NCBI GenBank assembly: GCA_015680685.1
Contig: MNCI01000175.1
Location: 259,093 to 323,092 of the forward strand
Length of the DNA stretch: 64,000 nt
Origin: Gnetum montanum
Lineage: Eukaryota; Plantae; Gnetophyta
Reading direction: 5' to 3'
Shown here: piece after piece, positions 11,901 through 23,749 of the stretch
Numbering within the stretch: the first letter of the stretch is position 1
Layout: every line of letters starts with the position of its first letter
Translations under genes and position numbers: made by a program
Notes under the pieces: model-generated
Told to the model about the DNA's origin: nothing
Databases searched by the model: none
The model's input: the letters and a program-made list of their open reading frames with translations, nothing else

Positions 11901-14900
11901 AAGATCGAGAAGAAGCACATTCCATGCATCACGTATAGTGACTCAGGGTGCAACTGTGTGTAGTAATCATGGTTCGCTAAGCAGACATCCATTTAAGCAT
12001 GCAGTTTGTGTACCAAAGAATCACTAGTTCAATAATGCCTATACGCAACAACCACAAATCAGGAGGGCACTCAATGGTTGATATCTAATCTTGCTAGCAA
12101 CACATTGTGCATGGAACCATTTGAGGGGCTTGTACAAGCCTATGTAGAAAGCATGGATAAAATGGAAGAGGTTCATCAACAAGTCTCCACTGTTGATGAC
12201 CATGATGATTAGGGAAAGCTGTAAATCCCTGAAAGCTTCAAATAAGAGCCCCTAGAGCTAAAATCCTTACCGGCCCACTTAGAATATACATTTTTGCAAA
12301 ATGGAAAGCTGGTAATTATCAATGTCACCCTTGCTCCTAAACAAAAGAAAAAGTTGCTTGCATGGTCATATCTTGAGTTAACTGGAGTTGATCCTAGGAT
12401 ATGCCAACATCAAGTCTATATTGACCCCTCCATGAAGCCACGACATCAACCACAAAGGCAACTAAATCCCAAATTAAAGCAAGTCATCAAAGATGAAATT
12501 GAGCAGTTGCTCAAAGTAGGGTTCATCTATTCCATTGCTAATAGCAAATGGGTTAGCCCACTCATTATTGTACCAAAGAAGGGTGGAAAATGGAGGGTCT
12601 GTATAGATTTCTGATTGCTTAACATGGCTACCTTCAAAGATCACTTTCCACTTCCATTTGTGGACTAGGTGTTGGATACCATTGCAGGGCACCGTTATTA
12701 AAACTTTTTGGATGGTTATAGTGGCTATAACCAAATTCAAATTACACCAAAGGACCAAGCCAAAACAACTTTCACAAGTTCATGGGGGACTTTTGCATAC
12801 AAGAAGATGCCTTTTGGCCTATGTAATGTGCCTGCCACTTTCCAATGCCTTGTCCTTAGCATCTTCCAACAGCAAATTGGCAATGAGATAGAAGTCTTCA
12901 TGGATGAATTTTCTACCTATGGGGCCACATTCAAGCAAGCCTTGGACCACCTTAAGCAAGTTTTGAAAAGGTGTGTAGACACTAATCTATGACTCAATTG
13001 TAGAAAAGCCGCTTAATGGTCCAAGAAGGCATTGTGTTGGGGCATCGTATCTCATAGACAGGGATTAGCATGGATCCTGAAAAGATCAAGGTCATCCAAG
13101 GAATCACTTGACAACCAAGCAATATAAAAGATATTTAGTTATTCCTTGGCCACACTGGTTACTATCAGTGCTTCATTGAAAATTTCTCGAAGATCCAAGC
13201 CTTTGGTAGAACTCACAAAGAAAGATGTTCCATTCATCTGGATCAAGGAATGTGAATCTGCATTCCAATTACTTAAAAAAAATCGTAGATACTCTAGTTC
13301 TATGGGCACCTAATTGGTCTAGACCCTTCCACATCATGATGGATGCATCCAATTATGCCTTGGGATCCATGCTTACATAGTGTGATGATAAAAAATGTCC
13401 ATACTATATCCATTATGCAAGTTGTAGCATTGTAGGTGCTTAGCTTAACTACACCACCACTAAAAAGGAGTTGATGGTGGTGGTGTTCATCTTGGAAAAA
13501 TTATGACACTATGTGCTCAGATACAAGGTGTTCATGCATACTAACCACAGTGCTATCCAGTTCCTAATTAACAAACCAATGGTGAGCCCCCGCATCATTT
13601 GGTGGCTGGTGATTCTTCAGGAATTTGAACTTACCATAATATACTGGAAGGGGACCAAGAATGTGGTTGCTGACCACTTATCTCGGTTGCAATGGGATAA
13701 CACAGAAGAGGAGGAGCCCCTCTTCGACCAATTTCCAGATCAACTCCTCTTCACGGGTGTAGTTGATTCACAACTGCCTAAAGCATCACCTTGATTTAGC
13801 CACATCCTCACCTACCTCACAACTTAGGAGTTGCCAAAGGAGTGGGACCATCGGCAAAAACAATAGTTTCTCCATAAGGCCAAGGGTTTCATGGAAATTA
13901 GTGGCCACCTTAATAAGGTGTGTGTAGATGGATTAATTCAATGGTGTGTCCCTAACAATGATACACTGTGCATCCTCCAGATACTCATGAGGGCCCTTGT
14001 GAGGGCCACTATGTTGGACACCACATAGCCATTAAGATCCTACTTGCAGGGTATTACTAGTCCATAATTTTTAGGGATGCACAATGGTTTACCCAGTCCT
14101 GCGAATGATGCCAAAGAGATGGTGGGATGACTACACGGATGGAGGGACCTCAACAGTGGATCTAATCACTAGAGCCCTTTGACATTTGGGGCATCGACTT
14201 CATGGGGCCCATCACACCCCTGTCCAATGGAAAGGTGTACATCATCATAGTTGTGGAATATTAAATAAAGTGGTTGAAAGTGGTAGCTATCGTTGATTGT
14301 TCTTCAAACACCACCACACGATTTTTCCAATAGCAAATCATCAACAGGTTTGGAGTGCCATGTGCACTCATCTCAGATAATGGGACATATTTCATGGGTG
14401 TTACTTTTTGCAAACTCATGCAACACTTGGGGGTTACCCATACATTTACCACACCTTACCATCCCCAAGCCAACGAGCAGGCTGAAGTCACCAATAGGGA
14501 GATCACCAGGATCCTTACTCAAACCATCAGCAAATATTAGAGGGATTAGAGCACCAAGCTTAACGATTCCCTTTACGCCTATCGCTTCACTTGGAAACTT
14601 CCTATCGATTACTCTCCCTATGAGTTAGTGTATAGAAAGCTACCAAAACTTCCAATCCAAGAAGAAATCTAGACACTATCCACAGCCAGTGACTTAGGTC
14701 TTAACCTACCACTACCACAACATGAACGACTTATCAACCTAAGTGTGCTATATGAGAATTGATTAGTGGCCCTATCTTCAAATGAGATCCACAAGACCTA
14801 CAACAAAAATTGTCATGATCTTAGGATTTAGAAGCTCACATTCAAACGTGGAGACAAGGTGTTGTATTGGAACCCCACACATGTATCATAACTGACCAAG

Positions 14901-15140
14901 TTTCAAACACTGTGGGAGGGACCTTACATTGTTTCCAATACCTTCCCATCTAGGGCCTTGCTTATCCACAAACTTGAGGACCCCACATGGATGCAGTTGC
15001 TCAACTAGCAACAACTAAAACATTTCTATGAGCTCCACTTAACCAGTGCTACCGCATCATCATCACCGGGACAACCTCGTTCCATCTTTTGCATCTCCTC
15101 CTTTCAGCCCAGTTGTGGGGGAGACCATCCTCCATGCTAA
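8960..15140 (+). pseudogene. Athila-like gag-pol polyprotein (gag, PR, RT, RNase H, integrase), many stops and frameshifts
   Basis: gag IPKFEGGYNCDPQTHL...LFPRTL (9890-10130); PR DPGSP...KAILDS...YPADFLV (~11525-11850); RT DGYSGYNQI, KMPFGLCNVPATFQ, VFMDEF; RH MDASNYALG, KGTKNVVADHLSRL; IN PFDIWGIDFMGP, ISDNGTYF, YHPQANEQAE. Start approximate. Confidence 0.93.
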
Positions 15141-17170
15141 TCCATTCCACTATGCCCCTCACTATTTTTTGAATTTTTGTTTTACACTTTTTTTTTCAAC
15201 ATCGTTAATATGTTTGTCAATTTTTTCCTTTCTTTAGTTATTTTTCCATTTCTTTATTGTTTTTTATGTATAAGTATATGTGTGTTTCATTTTCATGTGA
15301 TTGCTAATACATTGTCTTATTGGCATCAAGTTTGATGCAGATGGTTTTCATTGCAATGGGTTGTGTAAAATAGTCGACCTCATTATCTCACTCCCACCCT
15401 TGCATTATTGTCTTTAGACATCACATCTATTTTCATCTCATAAAATCAGTAGTGAGCCCACGTCATCCACCCATTCACCCGCTCTATGGTTTTCCTTCAT
15501 TTGGAAACATGCAACCCCTTCACGTATAAACATTGTAATTAATGTATGACCTATGCAGTTCCCAGACTGGGGAATGACCCAACAGTTTGAATCAAGTGTG
15601 TCTTCAAGGGGAATGTAACATTCATCATCCTCTTCTATCCCACAAGTTGCCAGTATGTCCTTATGGATTTCTTTCCACTCCACGTTCTTCTCTACAAGGA
15701 AGCTCTTGGGCAATTCGACCTTGCATGGTATGGTCCTCACCGAAAAAATTCAAAAATTCCAAAAAAAAAAACAAAAAACAACAACAAACAAATAAACATG
15801 AGGATTTAAGGCACACCCATTGGTCGAATGCATGCAAACAAGCATGGGTCTTTGCATGGTGTGGTTCCCATGAAATAACAAGAAAATGAAAAATAAAATC
15901 ATCACTATGTGGGAATTCAAAGCACACCCCTTAGATTGCCTCTCACAGGCCACCAAAACAAGTTATGGGACTCACCCTATCCCCTCTAACTTAGCCTTAT
16001 TTCACTTCCTTCTTCTCATGACTACTAGAGTGGTGGTTTCCTATGGGTACACCCTAACACTTGGTGGATGAATGGGGCTTTGATTGTTGTTGCAAGGTAA
16101 CTGTGTGCGGATGGTTTTGGGTCTGAACTCAGGAATGTTTCTACCGGGTCACTTAACCACAACTTCACATGAGGTTTCATGTGACCAACAATTGGAATTC
16201 CACTCCTCTCGTCTCTCTCTCACCTATTTTGCTCCCAAACTTACCTCACTGTCCATCTTATTTTTTGCAAGTTTGTCATGATTTCCATGTACTACTAATG
16301 CCTTGGTAGGATCTCCTGGGTGGGGGAATCAACTTGCGAGCACCATTTCTTGACCCCAAGGCCCACAGACTTTGATGTTGAGGATATGCAAGGGCTACTA
16401 AGGTAACCACTTGCTATGGGGAGGACCCACTTACATATTCCTAGTCCCACTTGTTGGTCTCCCATCATTTTGATTTTGTGGTCAGTTGTTTTCATGGTCC
16501 TATCGCTCGATTTCCTTTCTGCAGAGTTCTTTCTCACCAAGTTCTCCTACCTTTGGCTCTTTTTCTAGCTCGAATTCCCTTCCTTTTGTCCACAGCCATG
16601 TTTCAGGCCTCTCATGCTCTTCAACTACCCCAATTTTGCATTTTAAATTCATCCTTTTGGGCTTTTTCTGGGTTGGTCAATGCTGGTCAATGGCTACAAC
16701 CCCCTACGTATACGTGACCCTGTCGACGCAGTGCCCAACCCCTATATATATGGCCGTTGCACCTTAGATTTTCATCATTTTGCAAACAACTTGGGAGGAG
16801 ATTTTGCTATTTTTTTTCTTCCTAACTTCTTCCCAAGTACCTACATTCCATTACGCATCCACATCAACCAATCCTTACTCTCTAAAGCACCCAGAGGTAT
16901 GCTCTCAATTATGGGGGTGAAGCCTATGTGTAATTAATTAATTAATTAGTTAATTCAAACATTACACCTCCAAAGGGAAGAAACAAAAATAATAGCTTAA
17001 ACTCCAACTTATCCCTTGATTGTTTTTGGCTCTAACCCATGAATTAACACTTTGAGGGATTTAATGGAATGCTTGTGCCAACAACATAACTTAGTTGAAC
17101 TGAGAAGGTGTATAAGGACCATTTTGAGCTACTTATGCACATTCTAATGGGTGGTTATGTTTGATTGTAG

Positions 17171-20026
17171 ATGGCATCAAAACCAAGGTATCCAAGGGGC
17201 GAAGCACAATCAAAACCAAGGGACAAGTGTCCACGAATAGGAAGAGGATGAGGCATGAAACAACTAGAGCATGTGGAGGGCTCTCATGAAATTGGCCCCC
17301 TCTGCAAAGGATATAATGTGTAATCTGTTTATCAGATTCCCGAAGAGGAGATTCCCAGTGAGCAATTGCAAGGGGATGAAACTCTAGGGATAACACCATG
17401 ACTTGAGGTCACCTTGACCCAAGCATGTCTGAATGCTATCAAGCCACGAGAAGTACAATGGATGGTCCTACAAGAGTTAAACTTTAGACCATTTCTCGAG
17501 AACGCACTAGAAGATGTGAGATTTCAACTACAAAACTCTCCTATGTGGCCAATTATCACAACCAGTGGTGAATGGTACCTAGGGAAGACATACCTTTTCT
17601 AGAAAAATTGGCAATCAGGGTCTAGGGTAAGAATCAAAGACATCTATGTCTCTTACTCTGCAGAGGTAATAGTGCAAGCTCTGGGATTTCCAGAGACTGG
17701 AGTAGATGTGGCAGAGATCCCAAAACAAGCAAACCCTAAGGTAAAAGGGGAGTGGATTAGGTGGTGCTATGGGGTAGACTGCAAGGAGTTTAGCTCTCTA
17801 ACCACCATGGAGAGGGTGTATTCAAAGATCACATCCTACCACCTAAATCCAATGGTGAGACCCAGCAAAATCATGACTGTCTTCACTCGTGCATGTGCTG
17901 CTCTAAGTGGGAAATTTCCAATGAGTCTTCCATAGGTGTTATTCTTGGATATTGAAAAGAGATTTACCAAAAGTAAACATGGAAGACGAGCTCTCCCCTT
18001 CCCTTGCCTAATCAGAAAATTGTGCAAATAGGTAGGGATAGTACGCTATGCCAATGATACAGTCTGACATGCCCTGATTGCCTCATGGTGTGAAATGATG
18101 AAGGATAGGACTCCTGCCACTACACAGATGAAAGAAGAGCAGCAACCACCTCCACCACCTACACAAATAAGAAGGTCGAGTTCACAAACTATTGCAGAAC
18201 ACATCCACAAAATCTAACAATCACTCTTGAGCTAGCAAGAGCAATCTAGTAGCACTAGTGGAGGGGAAGACCCTTTGGTCTATCACCCTACAATGAGCCA
18301 CCTAAAGCAAGTGGCTCGATCAGTTAGTTTGCTAGAAAGAGCAAGGTTGATGTTCTCCGCCACCTGAATGCAAGTGCCAACAAGAACAGATCCTAGCATC
18401 CGAGAGGTAACAATATCAACTAAATAGCTATTCCCTAAAATTTCAAGAAATTCTACTACCTTCTCAGTATGCTTGGAATATGGTGAAGGGGCGATAGTCA
18501 TGGTAATGTAGCACCAAGGATAGGAGATTGTAGCTGAAGTGGGTGCTGATATGATTGCTATGGCTCTCAATGCACCAGCGACACCTGTACTAGATGTACA
18601 TGGGCTTCAAGATGTACAAGTATTCGCTAGAACTTCACATAGCAGGATTGATGGAGCACAACATGAAGAACTATTAGATCGACTGGTGGAAATCAGGTAA
18701 CTGCTTCTAGATGTCTTTGACCTTCTAGACAACATCACTACAACCTAGTCGAAGCTACTTTAGGTAAGGTGTAAGAGCCTCATTTTGGAAGGGCAACTTG
18801 AAGTTGCTCAAGCCACCTATCAATGCTTAGCAAATGAAGTCGCTCAGTTAGGAACCCAACTTGCCGATCCAGCTCTTCTCAACCATGAGCTCACCAGAGA
18901 TGAAGAGTTTTAATAGCTTCAAGTTAAACTATAGATAGCTAAGAATGAGCAAGAGTCGACGATCTTTGATAAGTCCTTGGTAGATGCTCAAACATATCAT
19001 TTAGACAAGGACTTGATAGAGGTTCGCTAGGAGAATGTCAGGTTGACCATGTAGGTCCATCACTTACGTAATGTTGGTGCTAAGAATGAGCACATGAAAA
19101 CTTTTATTCACCAATAGTAAGAAGAGCTAGCTAGGGTTAATGCTGATGTGAGAAGGTTGGCCACTAAGAACCAAAATCTTTACATAAAGGAGGTTCAAAA
19201 TTTGTGACAGAAATCTACCATCAAAATTACTACTTGGAAGAATGAGGCCCTAAAATTTGAAAAAATCAAGAATCATTACAGGGACCAAGTGGGATTGCAG
19301 AAGAAAGTAAATGAAAAGCAGATTCAAGTTGCAAAGGCTAAAATGAACCGAGTGCTCCAGTAGCTCCAAGAGGGAGGCAAGGTATGGAAACCTATCTTTA
19401 ATGCATTGAATGCCTACAATCAAGCTGAAATATGCCTCAAAGAGTTGTAGATTGAGGAAATGACAAAATATATGGAGGTTTCCAACCTTTGCTATGCAAA
19501 CCTAGCTATGCTGACAGCTGGGAGACCATGGTCTAACTTGGAGAAGCAAGTGGTCCCCTCGTATTCTCTATATGAGGACGAGTTCCAAGTGCACAAAGCA
19601 ACAAAACAAAAATTGGAAGCAGCAAATGCAGAACTCGAGGTTCTCCCCACGCAATTTGAACAACAACGTATGGTCGTAGAGAACTTGGCCCACTGAATGA
19701 TTGACTACCATCAACTGCAGACATTAATTCGAGCATTCAATGTCAAACAAAAATAGTTCGTAGCCTAGTTCATCAACTTGAAAGAACTCTTCTCTATGCT
19801 ACTGTGCCCTTGGAAGGTTCCAGTACTGGTGCACATTGGTGAAGCTACTTGAATGGTGAATGATCCTAGAAGCAAGGAGGAAAAAATGAAAGCCATTCTA
19901 GAGGCTTTTCAATTACCTCTAGAAGTTGCAACTACTGTAGGATAGCCATCATTCATGCCACCACCACTGCATGGACCAAAGGTTGGTGAAGGTCCATCGG
20001 AACCACTGCCACCAAGGACGGTGTGA
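17171..20026 (+). pseudogene. env-like accessory ORF of the Athila-like element (~950 codons, C-terminal coiled coil)
   Basis: ATG at 17171 follows TTGATTGTAG (acceptor-like); ORF pieces 17414, 17672, 19460 and the TGA at 20024 are all in one frame; broken by nonsense codons; homologous to 52980-54800. Confidence 0.8.
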
Positions 20027-20254
20027 TCTTCTCTAGCAATTTTTGCATCCTTCTACACGGTAGAGACTCTAGGACCGATAGGGTGTTCAATTTTGTCTCT
20101 AAACACCACCATTTTTGTAATTTTTCCTTCTCTGTACACTCAAGAACTTAGTAAAATTGATGTTGTGTCATGTGTGTGTGTCAAGTCATGTGTGTTGTAA
20201 ATAAAAGTCCATACCTTCCAAATTGTAGAGTAACTCAAGGATGCATTTTTACTT

Positions 20255-20267
20255 AGTTGTGGAGGTA
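20255..20267 (+). promoter_or_regulatory. Polypurine tract of the Athila-like element
   Basis: AGTTGTGGAGGTA directly before the 3' LTR. Confidence 0.65.
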
Positions 20268-21172
20268 TGATGAAGTGTCATTAGTCAATGCATCAACTAC
20301 GCCACATATACAGAGCCACGTTTACATGGCCGCGTTGACACAGCCCCATCAACACATCCTTCCATGCGTTGATGTGGCCTCGTTTACGCGGAGCCTATTC
20401 CAGCCTATAAATAAGAGGGATTCCGCCTCACTTAGGTGCCTTTTTGTCAGTTGTAGTGAACCTCTTGCAGTTTTTTTCTATGAAAGTTCAAATATTTTCC
20501 AAGTGCCTGCAATAGATGTAAGAAAGGTGTCTGGCTCTTTATTTGAGCATTGATGTATCTGAGCCCACTGGTGTGAACGGAAATAAAGATGAGCTTTTCA
20601 AAGCATTCCTTGCAGCATTTAGACTTAGTTATTTAATGCATTTAATAGGTTAATATTTTTATGCTTTAATAATTACTTAAGTTTCTTTTGTTATTATTTT
20701 AATTTCTATCACTTGTTCATAGTTAGTAGAAACCATAAGTACGACCATCTCGAACGTAAACCCAATGCTTGGCAACCCAGTGATGCTTAACATATGGTAA
20801 CCCAATAGTGGTTAGGGGATGCTCAGGACATTCCTGGAAAATGGGATCAGATACTTATGCTAGGAATAGTTAAGATATAGATTAGGATAATTATGGATTA
20901 TAAAATATTTTATTCCTTAATTTCCATACCTTAAATTAGATGCCAAAAGATAAAGTAAATAGCCAAAAAAATCAATTGCCTCAATCTCACTTAACCATTG
21001 CCACTAGAACATTACAAGTGAGGTTGGGAAGACAACAACTATTCTAAAAAAGGGTTTTGTTGGTTAAGGTGTAGTGTATGTAGAGTGCTTACAGTCTACA
21101 GAATTCAACTGAGTCACGTGTGAACGCCCATGATTCGCATGTTTGGGCGTAGGGGTACCTAGCCGCTCATCA
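20268..21172 (+). repeat. 3' LTR of the Athila-like element (905 bp)
   Basis: TGATGAAGTG...CGCTCATCA followed by TSD TGTAC. Confidence 0.95.
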
Positions 21173-21424
21173 TGTACCGATAGCCATGTAGCCTAATTTT
21201 TCTTTGTTGACTTGTTATGCCTTTTTTGTACTTCATTTTACTCTTTTATGCATGTAGCCTAAGTTTTACTTTCATTTGCATTTTTATTTATTCATTAGAG
21301 CCTTTCTCTTTCTTTAGTTTTGCACATGTTGTAAATCTCAAAAGCCCTATAAAAATTTCAAAACTAGAAAACTTCATAAAAACTTTAAAATGGAAAATCA
21401 CCAAAAATATAAGTTTCCTTTTAA

Positions 21425-21610
21425 TGAGGCCCCACCATGGCCTAAAACTAGCAAAAACTAAGGCCTGCCATGGCCTAAAACTAAAAAAACCTACTACCTA
21501 CAAAGGCCTTAACCTAGCACCATAGTTCATGAAGACTTTAAACTAGCACTATAGTTCACTAAGACTTTAAATTGGTGATAAATGTGTAGCCCACCATGGC
21601 TTAAAACTAT
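21425..21610 (+). repeat. Array of CCATGGCCTWAAACTRGCA-type motifs near the 5' end of the outer intron
   Basis: About 6 imperfect copies, e.g. CCACCATGGCCTAAAACTAGCA, GCCATGGCCTAAAACTA, AAGACTTTAAACTAGCA. Confidence 0.8.
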
Positions 21611-21959
21611 CAAGTGATCCTAATCCTATGAATGTTCATAATCTTATAGTCTAACCATTTTCAACATAGCCAATGTAGCCATTAGTAGCATAGCCTTGCT
21701 TACAACATTTATAGCCTTAAAACCTTAAAGTAGTAAAGCTGTTAATAACATACATAGCCAAAACTAAAAGAAAAAATTAAAATTTAAAACATTTTTAAAT
21801 AATATATATATATCCATGGTTACACTATGTGGCATAAATATCAAAACAAGAAACCATAAGTGTCAAAATGTCTACAACTTAAGCATTGGCCAATATGGGC
21901 CATACAAAAACCAACATGAAATAAACTAAACAAAAAATCATAAGTTGTCACATCATGCA

Positions 21960-23450
21960 TCTAGTGATGCCAAGGGTGCATCCAAAGGAGGCTGAGGTGG
22001 TGCATCATCATCACCTACACTACTGGGATCATTAACAACATATGATGCTTATGATGTAACAACATACAACCAATCAATAACTAGCATAACCAAAACCATG
22101 ACATAAATGAATGCCAAATTAAAATTTAAAACATAAAATATAAACAAAAAACATTTTGGGAATTTGGTAATATAAACTCTTGGGAAAGATGATGAAGGCT
22201 AGTCTCCAAACATTGGAGAATCTAGTCTTTTGTCATGTTGGCCTAGTCAATATTCCCAAAAGTGATGCCTTTAAAGATATTAGTCCTCTCTGCATCTGTC
22301 CATGATGGTGGCTCCCATGAGATCATAACTATAGAGACCTCATCTATAGCTATAGTGATCTAAGAGGTATGAGACTTAATTATTGTGAGAGTGCTCTCAA
22401 ATAGATTGAAAAAACTCTTAGTCTGAATGCCCTAGATAAATAGATCCCTCTTCTAATGTTCAGTCATCTCCCTCTTCAACCACTTCAAGTATGCCTCCCA
22501 ATCAGCCTTATACTTTTTCTTATGATCCTTTTGTATCTTACCCCACTCTAGGACCCAAGCACTATAATCCTTCAAATCCTAAGCCTTTTAGAAGATTAAA
22601 TCCATATGTGTTTTCTACTTGTGCAACTCTTGGGATAGGGAAATCTTATCATGGATGGTATTCTAGTAGTGAGCCAACACGATCTCCTTGGGATATAAGG
22701 TCCTTAAGTTAACCACTTGGGCATCCAAAAAGGCCTTACATTCCTCAAGATCATAGATCCTCTCAACTTGCCTTTTATTTTCTTCCTTCAAGGCCACAAC
22801 ATATTTGCATAGGGATTCATTAGACCTTTAAATCTCCAATGAAGCTTTTGTGCATGAAACTGTAAGATTAGTGGAAATCTCATACAACTTTAGGGGGACA
22901 TGTGGGGTGTTAGGAGGAAGCTAAGGTAAGGAGCTAAATTCCATGTCATGGGTTAGGTCCCATGCAATTGATCACACTTAAAATAACAAAAATATAACCA
23001 TAAACAAGATGTAAAACCTAAGGTAGTCATAGCATAAAATATAACTCATAGCAAAACAACTAAGGCATAACAAAACATAGTTATAGCCCCTATCCTATCT
23101 AACCCCTATCCTATCTAAAAAAACACAAGAATAGCTAGGAAATGTAAGAAAACAACTAGAGATGGCTTACCTGGGAGTGAGTGAGGAAGAATCTTGAATT
23201 AGAATAGGCATGTTCAACTTGAAGAGGTTTTGATTAGCCTCAATTGCCTCTTGAAGCCTTGGGTTTTTCCTTGATCCTTCATGTTTCTTCATCCTCGTTG
23301 TACCAATGCTATAGAAGCTTGAAAACTGAAGAGTTGAGGCTTCTACATTGGCTGGGAGGAAGTTATGGTGCTTCAACATTGAATGAAGATAGTGTCTATA
23401 GTAGAAAACTCTCATAGAGCTTTGCTCCAATGTTTTGGATGTGGAATGGA
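21960..23450 (-). pseudogene. Antisense spliced accessory gene inside the outer Tat intron (C-terminal exons)
   Basis: Donor CCAG|GTAAGC at 23170 ends the exon seen as ORF 23167-23430; the next exon (~22977-22160) reads VPLKLYEISTNLTVSCTKASLEI*RSNESLCKYV and GITFGNID*ANMTKD*ILQCLETSLHHL, homologous to the inner-element gene. Confidence 0.7.
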
Positions 23451-23749
23451 AAGTGTGATTAGTGTTATAGGCAAATTAACAATAAAAATCAATCATAAAC
23501 CTAAATGCTTTCACTCTTATTCCCATTGCCAATTTAGTGTAATGGAACTTAAAGAGCACTAATGTGCAAAAGGGAAAAGTATTTTGTATGTTGAGAGTTA
23601 AAGGAGAAACAACACTTAAGCTTAATTTTCTTAATTTTTTGAGTTTTCGACCATAGGCCTAACCATATGCCCTCATGCATGGTGTTTTTAGACTAAAAAC
23701 CCCTCAATGCTAGAGTTTTGACCCCTTAGAATGCCTAAAACTATGCTAC

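Larger units (their letters stand above)
7987..21172 (+). mobile_element. Full-length Athila-like Ty3/gypsy LTR retrotransposon with env-like ORF (13.2 kb)
   Basis: TG...CA LTR pair, TSD TGTAT (7982-7986) / TGTAC (21173-21177), Asp-type PBS, gag-PR-RT-RH-IN without aRH, RT motif WVSPLIIVPKKGG. Confidence 0.93.

Noticed and set aside
9426-16937. Many 60-130 aa overlapping ORFs as separate genes
   Set aside because: They are broken pieces or alternative and antisense frames of the Athila gag-pol and its UTR.
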